DNA of 64,000 bases from Elusimicrobiota bacterium. GTDB lineage: Bacteria > Elusimicrobiota > Elusimicrobia > Elusimicrobiales > UBA9959. The stretch is from NCBI GenBank assembly GCA_016234365.1, contig JACRER010000079.1:82233-146232 (forward strand), written 5' to 3'. The position numbers and the translations under genes are program-made. Under the pieces are notes generated by a model, which was not told where the DNA came from, searched no databases, and saw only the letters and a list, made by a program, of their open reading frames with translations. Below are positions 60,201-64,000 of this stretch, one piece after another (the first letter of the stretch is position 1; the number at the start of each line of letters is the position of its first letter).

Positions 60201-62170
60201 TTACTAGCGTAACCAACCCCCTTAACCAAAGCCGCTCTTACGAGTACGACGAGGCCAACAACCTTACCAAGGTAACCAAGGCCGACGGCGTACAGATAAC
60301 CTTTGAATACGACAATCTTAACCGGCTGACCAAGAAGAATATCCCCGGCGACCCTGTAGCCTACGCCTACGACGCTGCAAGTAATCTTATAAGCGCCGAA
60401 GACAACGCCAGCAAGATACAAATAGGCTACGACGCCGGCGACCGTCCCACGCGTGTGATCCAGACCAACAAGGCCGCCAACCTCACCAGCCAGCTAGATT
60501 ACGAGTACGACGCCAACGGCAACCGCACCAAAATGACCTTGGCAGCGAACCCCGCACCGTTCGTATGGAACTACACGTATGACAACCTGAACAGGCTGAC
60601 CAGGATAACAACGCCCGACAACACCAACATCGCTTTTGAATACGATGCAATGAGTCGCCGCACAAGAATGGGTTACCCCAATGGCACTGAGGCCAACTAC
60701 ACCTATGACAACGCCAGCCAGCTAACCGGCATAACGCATAAGCGCACCGCCGACAACACCATAATAGCCCAAGCCAACTACCAATACGACACCGCCGGCA
60801 ACCGCACCAGCATGACGGATACGGCAGGCACGCATAGCTATGGTTATGATGACCTTCATAGATTAACAAGCGCTAGTCATCCCACAGCTTCAGCCCTGGA
60901 CGTGAAAAATGAAATATTTAACTACGACGGTGTAGGCAACCGCCTGAATGACGCTGTCCGGTCAAACTACACCTACGACGCCGCCAACCGCCTTAACAGC
61001 GATTCACTGTACGATTACACCTACGACCAAAACGGCAACCGCAACGGCGAAACGGATAAAGCCACCAATGCGCATACAGCCTATTCGTACAACGCGAAGG
61101 ACCAATTTGTAAGTGCGACCATGCCAGATGGCACGGCGGCGACTTATAAATACGATACGCAGGGCAGAAGAATGGAGAAAGTGGTTTCCAGCGGGACGGT
61201 CACAACCACCACACGATATGTTTATGATGGCAATGATGTAATTGCCGTGCTGGATGGGAATAACGCCTTAAATGCCATGTTTACTCATGGGCCCAAAATG
61301 GATGAGCCTCTTGTTATTAAACATGATGGGCAGAATTATTTTTATCACGCGGTTGGGGTGCAAAATGTGGCAGCTATAACAGATAATTCCAGCGCGATAG
61401 TTGAAACGATGGAATATCAAGCCTACGGCAAACCTGTTGTGGAAAACAGAGTCGGAGCTGTTTTTGATAAATCCACAATTGGGAATATATTCCTCTATGC
61501 TGGCAGGGAATATGACGCAGAAACCGGATTTATAAATGATCGAGCCCGCGTTTATGCTTCCAAAACCGGAGTGTTTTTACAGGAAGATCCGCTTAGAAAT
61601 ATAAATCAATATGCTTACGTGGGGAATAATCCAATAACCAGGATGGATCCATTGGGTCTTGACTGGATTGACGATGCGGCTAATGCAGGCGCTGGATATG
61701 GAGACGGGTTAACGATGGGTTTGACCCGGTTGGTGCGTGAAAAATTATTAAACCTCCACAATATTGATTATTGCTCCGATTTGTACCGGGGAGAATTTGC
61801 GGTTGGAATGGGTGTGTCTACTGTGGCGGGATTTTTTACGGGTGCTAGTGAGATAAATGCAGCAGAAGTTATTCAGCCAGGAACTAGGGTTTATCGAGTT
61901 TGGGGAGATGGAGCTGGCCCGTGGGGGAAATATTGGACAACGGTTGATCCTGGAACAATTCCTAACTATCGAAGCGTTGCAGGGTTGCCGTCAGTAAACA
62001 GTGGACGGTTTGTAAGTGAGGGTGTATTGGCAAATACAGAAGGTGTTGTTAGTGGCCGTGCCTCAACTATTCTGCCTGGGCAAACGGGCGGATTAAACGA
62101 GCTCAGAATTACAAATCCTGAAGCCGCAGTTGTGCTGGATCATGTATCGGGTGCAAACCCTGGATTTTAG
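48257..62170 (+). CDS. Giant Rhs/YD-repeat polymorphic toxin (4637 aa): signal peptide, three Gly-rich repeats, FN3/Ig stalk, DUF6531-like, YD shell, Rhs core, C-terminal toxin
   Basis: Signal-like HALRRPIMAVAGLLLFLEFPLNVRA (start may be 48284); many D-x-A-G-N Ig/FN3 units; FARVYDS..FGRSW; YD repeats; YAGREYD..TG, NPITRMDPLGL. Confidence 0.93.
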   Translation: MSVIKARSSMHALRRPIMAVAGLLLFLEFPLNVRAASVAWTGQGGDSNWFTSANWGGNAVPGSGDDVTIDANVTVTAASFPINFNTLTLGGVNSPTLKLSTGTANAGSLVINNKSVFEQNSSLPLTFSYVTINSGGKLTHTPNSSSRQYSVNLNVTGDLVLQAGATIYLDWLGYASDSGPGKGFNAEGASGGGGGHGGAGGNSNAVSGGIAYDLAANPGDLGSGGGRAGSGAYAGGGSGGGMVSAVIGGTAHINGLITADGGYGYAANSGGSGGGAGGSIIISAGAIDGSGVMRANGGAGKTGTNQYGGGGGGGIIAVSVSIADNFYGSKSAFAGSGYKTGGTGILAGRVGAGAKYSITVDNASVQSSTTTKITGNAAIGSLYLARSSLVFSTFSVDSLMLGPEVSITGNYLETGDLVVSTNAGNGVISSSLTVRNNAVINSSASLVLSTMTVNGDLLLLPGSQLKHNANEGTKQYWLNLSVGGNLDLQAGATLYLDGLGYGSDSGAGKGALLEGGSGGGGGHGGSGGSANSASGGTANDVAADPADLGSGGGRAGSSGGYGGGGSGGGLLLARITGSAHINGLITANGSDGSSSNAGGSGGGAGGSINITAGAVDGSGVMRANGGAGKTGTNQYGGGGGGGIIAVSVAIADNFYGSKSAFAGSGYKTGGTGILAGRAAAGAKYSITVDNASVQSSTTTRITGNAAIGSLYLARSNLVFSTFSVDSLMLGPEVSITGNYLETGDLVVSTNAGNGVISSSLTVRNNAVINSSASLVLNTMTVNGDLLLLPGSLLKHSANAGTKQYWLNLTVGGNLDLRAGATIYLDGLGYASDSGTGKGAYAECASGSGAGHGGAGGNTNSLNGGQVYDVEADPAELGSGGGRAGCSGGYAGGGSGGGFLLAKVNGAAHINGLITADGGYGYAANSGGSGGGAGGSIVISAGAIDGSGVMRANGGAGKTGASQYGGGGGGGRLVLTYTSLSPAIISQVNGGGGYQSGGTGTIYKVNTDFPHVSTVTFGGTAIAGSAPDKAHAGDLAVTITFDQAMDTASPPSVTIGTEAPFDQNTVAGSWRDLGVWSGTFTITEQLPNGTQTLVISNAKAQNGKYLEAAATRTFALDTVSPAAPVLSAVAVAGGKVDLGFQRLEPPSEAGLVLQRSTEAAFSTFTVLADELATGTQVSVPFTDTPAADGAYYYRAAFRDTAGNTGVFSDMVSAVSDRVPPVPPSQLQTVFAGGSVLLNWDLVADAAAYNIYRTTYSAVAATGLTPAIAGAAGITAADSPSADATYYYMVTAVDAAGNEGAPAFGTLAVDLHAPVLAISGFTDGGQYNSDVAVSVAIADFSSVSSTISLNGVVVGSFTVVSAAGAYTLSVEATDAFGSSTSTVRGFVIDKTAPQFSILFPAEGLVTNQNVTAVYASTDDFTPYSSLVFRDDLGRAPPFTYSTEGVKTATFTARDLAGNVAAATVTFTIDKTGPGAVADLRFTQFLPASGKVDLAWTAPYDSLSGLASYTLKAATYPITAANFTAAPALLEGIPAQPSGSAEQFSIPVSTAQTLYFALKAADAAGNLSAVSNALIMDVQPPVISALSPSATGYLTRPVTVGAGITDDIGLASVAFYVDGAQVYAPAAPPYSFHWNTVARQDGEHTVLVRASDAAGGVTERSVVYNLQYQPPATPALTSPSSGVAIKVATFTVAGFAEAGITVQFKVDGYVAVSTQAAVNGAFSAVVTLQTEGAHALTVAAADARGASAPSAPVMVEYNFTAPGAPAGLAAGVAAAGKVPLSWNVPEGKVPSGYRVYRSTFETGLAAGTSPSQAPAASVTGLAYSDLPSSDGVYYYGVTALDASGNESPLSSIVPGVSDRTPPSAALAFSGVQPPFGAGDHPFNLTLSGILASAPVLVFTPPGMDPVNVPLSASSPTVWIGTLSVTQAMSPGNGRFAFQGKDLAGNTGTAISAGSVVALDLAGPSGAVELVPASPVKAGEVFVTLRLSEPAAYTPNLVCRPAAGDPITVVLSGSGELWSGILNVPQGADGQAAFIYNASDQLGNLGTSLSAGGVFTIDTVPPGAPLYARASAKTAGAVELNWSSPIGGTPWRYKVHRDGVEVSSSVAPKADGSGTYLETPVDGEHSYTVLAVDAAGNEGPLSQAAQVTARSTPPAAPLSLNAALNQYGRAELSWQPGDADAASYAVYRTTYQLVAAAGASGAPVSQPPYVDTPEKNGLYHYAVSAFDYAGNESALSQEILLNWDKAPPVITITGAADGAIYNYAPAPAFSAADGVSPQITIYAKLDNVPFLSGAVVAAEGEHTLVVTAVGQSLASSTRTVHFTVDLTSPAVSIAGAEDGAFYSSEVVPVISASDARLAAVQLVLDGAAYTAGVPVSSDGRHLLSATARDLAGNISVASAAFTLDLPPPAPAGFTFNAQETAGAVLTWNSPAADTAGYRVYKDGQLHSQGLVRELNYSDPAFVQGEAHVYGVSAVDAAGHEGARAVINIPAVTFTLDSYGVADSSSAVFVRGFFDTARLRLGNNGPLPQLIGPVTAALVSGGVSAQAPAVSVAAGGSALVSPVLPVPAELPASSQLRVTLALPAGIGSAASFTRIFTVAAVSPREPIVELLTEPLVRGMNSRVQVKFNNKGSAPLEIKTWPGDIAAQLSTPEGTTLAQGRLQQIGGGAQPCPGGYFVQVGAQSSYIFEPISLFVPAGLGDSGQVSAVIERVYSGLAGSSPAAGARVFSATVTLSGVAEPPYSATVVPERAVYDQGTAVKLAGSALLSGGSLLPGATVQIGVLARGYERTASTVTDASGHYELTFAPTPGESGIYSLWAAYPGVLNRMQQSSFTIVGFGFQYSDYSASLVQNSSVAFRVNLLNSGQTPLAGLTASVEGSAAGVALSLDQDSLPAGLGSGQSAPLSFTASASAAAAVGTYNFTVNVEEADGYRRSLPVKIAVAAASPVPSASPNAFKIGMSAGQTRTLTVTLLNNGMADWKGMYLAAPSLAWVSFTGNTAIGDIPPGGSAVVTLKAAPPAGLASQAFASNPLFEARSSNAAPLPVSSLITITASGLGNAVYNVINADKPAVNGAGTGIAGAEAELISLDVAGLSAKGTADANGVIQVLNVPAGRYSYTVRAAGFENASGVETIEPGVTLQRDVALPTDVVSYEWTVTPTTIADTYNVSLSITFKTDVPAPALAMSSPLFNFELPEEGGGADGQFTLTNNGLVSARNIELNSSGDAAMSVYLPYSSISELRPGASVVVPFHVALAHASCHSGTLGGNYKYTAACGQTMTKSLPSAKVNAGQCASIGASTNTASSSGGFIGGGGGTGGGGASGVSISVPSSFVSYVVANPPAVTPTSKMCREPAEKRPSECVSGVCVDGAAYSDAGGDPRIPVADLSVELPSLGGALPFARVYDSLDMDAGAFGRSWLHSFESRVALRYAGSAYFTGAGGTAQAGIPAVSASGAVALRGPADVLAEVRPPDGRRLVYTANPDGSFAPPSGESSTLAVIGSTAAPEGFAWTTPGKTVYRYDASGRLVSITDNNDSAITLEYGGGRLTAVKDPEGRTVYSFVYNQDGTLASVTDLGGRSAAFGYADGMLASADGPEGHTAYAYGAYGIDGLAAFGAGVLDDLQADVKTLKLITGVTSPNGHVTSFTYGAPAQVVDYVSQASAINTGTNYTGASTGELSFWGFSAQPVTAGKPELAEEKYYYAPLLVTQSGYALDKAAFARWYFPQVYVTTGEIGSRGAFTFRHTMDELLGIGSTEVTDPLGRKSTYKWEVLSGRAVGMERTDPAGGATATAYDTRRNPVQVTDRAGRVTQFVYDSKNNVTAVIDPLANRTNFTYEPIFNGLASVMDPRGNSSSFGYDAKGNLTSAQDALGNAVQIAYDAHGLPVSITDPLNHTVTITRDGNGYATQITDPLTRSAHMGYNNIGRVVSFTDGANRQTQFAYDTADNLTQVTDAINGATHYNYTAGIIAEGKLLSSLEDAKSHTTQFGYDTRGRLTSVTNPLNQSRSYEYDEANNLTKVTKADGVQITFEYDNLNRLTKKNIPGDPVAYAYDAASNLISAEDNASKIQIGYDAGDRPTRVIQTNKAANLTSQLDYEYDANGNRTKMTLAANPAPFVWNYTYDNLNRLTRITTPDNTNIAFEYDAMSRRTRMGYPNGTEANYTYDNASQLTGITHKRTADNTIIAQANYQYDTAGNRTSMTDTAGTHSYGYDDLHRLTSASHPTASALDVKNEIFNYDGVGNRLNDAVRSNYTYDAANRLNSDSLYDYTYDQNGNRNGETDKATNAHTAYSYNAKDQFVSATMPDGTAATYKYDTQGRRMEKVVSSGTVTTTTRYVYDGNDVIAVLDGNNALNAMFTHGPKMDEPLVIKHDGQNYFYHAVGVQNVAAITDNSSAIVETMEYQAYGKPVVENRVGAVFDKSTIGNIFLYAGREYDAETGFINDRARVYASKTGVFLQEDPLRNINQYAYVGNNPITRMDPLGLDWIDDAANAGAGYGDGLTMGLTRLVREKLLNLHNIDYCSDLYRGEFAVGMGVSTVAGFFTGASEINAAEVIQPGTRVYRVWGDGAGPWGKYWTTVDPGTIPNYRSVAGLPSVNSGRFVSEGVLANTEGVVSGRASTILPGQTGGLNELRITNPEAAVVLDHVSGANPGF
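48650..51270 (+). repeat. Three tandem glycine-rich units, period 984 nt (328 aa)
   Basis: ggcagcggcgtgatgcgggc at 49121, 50105 and 51089; 49121-49700 nearly identical to 50105-50680. Confidence 0.9.
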
Positions 62171-62180
62171 GAGAAATTGT

Positions 62181-62612
62181 ATGAACGAATTTTATTTAAT
62201 TTCGGGCGAGTCTGCTGCGTATGGCCCTATTGCATGTCGGATTCTTGAACGTTATGCGACAGGGACAGGGAATGATTACGCAGTTGTCACGGTATCACCC
62301 AAAATACAGAAAAGTATTTATAACACAGAAGTTGAAATTTCAATAGTAATATTGGTCAGTAGATGGGAAGGATATTCTCTGTTTTCTCCTTCTAAGTGGC
62401 CTATTCCTGTGAATGTGTATCTCCTCAAGCAAGATAATGCGGCAATGCCCGAGAGGGGGAACATAGGTGAATTGGCTTCTAAGAGTGCTTTGAAAACATA
62501 TTCAACAAGCGAAATGGTTATTAAGTGTTTTGATATCAACAAATTGACTCTTGTTGATAGAGGTGAGATTTATATTTCAAAAGAAGAAGCGCGGAAATCC
62601 ATGGTCGATTAA
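62181..62612 (+). CDS. Putative immunity protein for the Rhs C-terminal toxin
   Basis: Starts 10 bp after the toxin stop with an AGGAGA RBS; low GC like the toxin tip; SRWEGYSLF..WP motif. Confidence 0.7.
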   Translation: MNEFYLISGESAAYGPIACRILERYATGTGNDYAVVTVSPKIQKSIYNTEVEISIVILVSRWEGYSLFSPSKWPIPVNVYLLKQDNAAMPERGNIGELASKSALKTYSTSEMVIKCFDINKLTLVDRGEIYISKEEARKSMVD

Positions 62613-62686
62613 GGATGGCACAGCGAAAAACAGAAGACTCCGGTGTGTAGATCCGGAACGTTAAACGATAACTCAACAATTTGTTT

Positions 62687-64000
62687 ATGTCTAGAATAGC
62701 AGGAATAACTTCAAACACGAACTCGGCAATGCCTGGCATGCCGAATGTGTTCTCTTTATTCCCTGAAGTTTGCCCTTCACGCTTTGCTGTTCCTATACCC
62801 CGTAAGAAATCAGCAAAATATAAATTACATAAAACTAAGGGCAACACCAGCCAGTTCACTTATGACGGCCAGGGCAACCTTACCCGGGCGCAGGACGCGC
62901 AAAGCCACGCCGTAACTATCGGCTATGATTCCAACGGCCTGCCTGTAAGCATTACGGACCCGCTTAACCACACCGTAACCATAACGCGCGACGGCAACGG
63001 CTATGCCACCCAGATAACGGACCCCTTAACCCGCAGCGCGCACATGGGCTACGACAATATCGGCCGGGTGGTCTCTTTCACGGACGGCGCAAACAAGCAA
63101 ACCCAGTTCGCCTACGACACGGACGATAACCTTACCCAGGTGACCGACGCCATAAACGGCGTAACGCATTACAACTACACCGCCGGCATAATAGCCGAGG
63201 GTAAGCTGCTTTCTTCACTTGAGGACGCCAAGAGCCACACCACCAGCTTTAATTACGACACCCGCGGCCGGCTTACCAGCGTAACCAACCCCCTCAACCA
63301 GACCCGCTCTTACGAGTACGACGAGGCCAACAACCTTACCAAGGTAACCAAGGCCGACGGCGTGCAGATAACCTTTGAGTACGACAGCCTGAACAGGCTG
63401 ATAAAAAAGAATATCCCCGGTGACTCCGTCAGTTACGCCTATGACGCAGCAGGCAACCTTATAACAGCCGAAGACAACGCCAGCAAGGTCCAGCTAGGCT
63501 ACGACGCCGGCGACCGCCCCACCAAAGTAATACAAACAAATAAATCAGCCAACCTTACCAGTCAGCTAGACTACGAATACGACCAGAACGGCAACCGCAC
63601 CAAAATGACCCTGGCCGCCAACCCCAGCCCGTTCGTATGGAACTATACCTACGACACATTAAACAGACTTACAACCATCCACACCCCAGAAAACACGACC
63701 ATCACCTTAGAATACGACGCTTTAAGCCGCCGCACCAGGCTGGTCTACCCCAACGGCACGGAAGCCAACTACACCTATGACGCGGCAAGCCAGTTGACGG
63801 GCATAACTCACAAAAAAACGACGGACAACACCATAATAGCCGAAGCTAATTACGCTTACGACAACGCCGGCAACCGCACCAGTATGACCGATACAGCGGG
63901 CCAACACAGTTACGGTTATGACGACCTGCACAGGCTGACCAGCGCCAACCACCCCACAGCCTCGGCCCTGGACGTAAAGAACGAAGTGTTCAATTACGAC
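62687..64000 (+). CDS. Orphan Rhs core module (3' partial; may be silent)
   Basis: Frame open from 62672 to the window end; from 62840 colinear without indels (offset 3072) with 59768-60928 of the main Rhs gene; lacks the N-terminal domains. Confidence 0.85.
   Translation, partial: MSRIAGITSNTNSAMPGMPNVFSLFPEVCPSRFAVPIPRKKSAKYKLHKTKGNTSQFTYDGQGNLTRAQDAQSHAVTIGYDSNGLPVSITDPLNHTVTITRDGNGYATQITDPLTRSAHMGYDNIGRVVSFTDGANKQTQFAYDTDDNLTQVTDAINGVTHYNYTAGIIAEGKLLSSLEDAKSHTTSFNYDTRGRLTSVTNPLNQTRSYEYDEANNLTKVTKADGVQITFEYDSLNRLIKKNIPGDSVSYAYDAAGNLITAEDNASKVQLGYDAGDRPTKVIQTNKSANLTSQLDYEYDQNGNRTKMTLAANPSPFVWNYTYDTLNRLTTIHTPENTTITLEYDALSRRTRLVYPNGTEANYTYDAASQLTGITHKKTTDNTIIAEANYAYDNAGNRTSMTDTAGQHSYGYDDLHRLTSANHPTASALDVKNEVFNYD

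Noticed and set aside
62536-62859. Minus-strand 107-aa ORF and a KHELGNAW (HExxH-like) fragment in the spacer after the immunity gene
   Set aside because: The ORF overlaps both flanking genes; the fragment lacks the second His and is bounded by stops.
44257-64000. Diversity-generating retroelement template/variable pairs among the duplicated segments
   Set aside because: Differences are not adenine-specific and no reverse transcriptase gene is present.

Overview
GC-rich bacterial chromosome segment from a diderm; an Elusimicrobiota-like lineage is suggested only by gene order, PorV/T9SS-like genes and codon style. Five parts. (1) 1-6400: accessory block with the 3' end of a giant Ig-repeat surface protein carrying a T9SS-type C-terminal sorting-like domain, an adjacent PorV/PorQ-family barrel, a HEAT protein, an XRE regulator and an orphan response regulator, abutting the 3' side of two minus-strand tRNA-Ser genes. 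(2) 7276-23766: housekeeping run glmM-pdxJ-glmS-acpS-nnrD-thiL-tsaE-tsaB-rimI-TPR(+LolB-like tail)-ispE-spoVG-tRNA-Gln-GIY-YIG-beta-CA-glmU-prs-rplY-pth. (3) 24670-30118: three-gene coiled-coil/membrane-anchor operon with no ATPase motifs. (4) 30149-47295: Wzx/Wzy-type polysaccharide locus (wza, wzc, wzy/ligase, GT-C, flippase, PRTase-HAD fusion, three methyltransferases, radical SAM, GT4s) ending in a frameshifted asnB::GT4 deletion chimera. (5) 47373-64000: response regulator, then a 4637-aa signal-peptide-bearing Rhs polymorphic toxin (Gly-rich repeats, Ig/FN3 stalk, YD shell, DPxGL, TNT/ART-like tip), its putative immunity gene and an orphan Rhs module running off the window. No CRISPR array, rRNA, integrase or transposase was seen.
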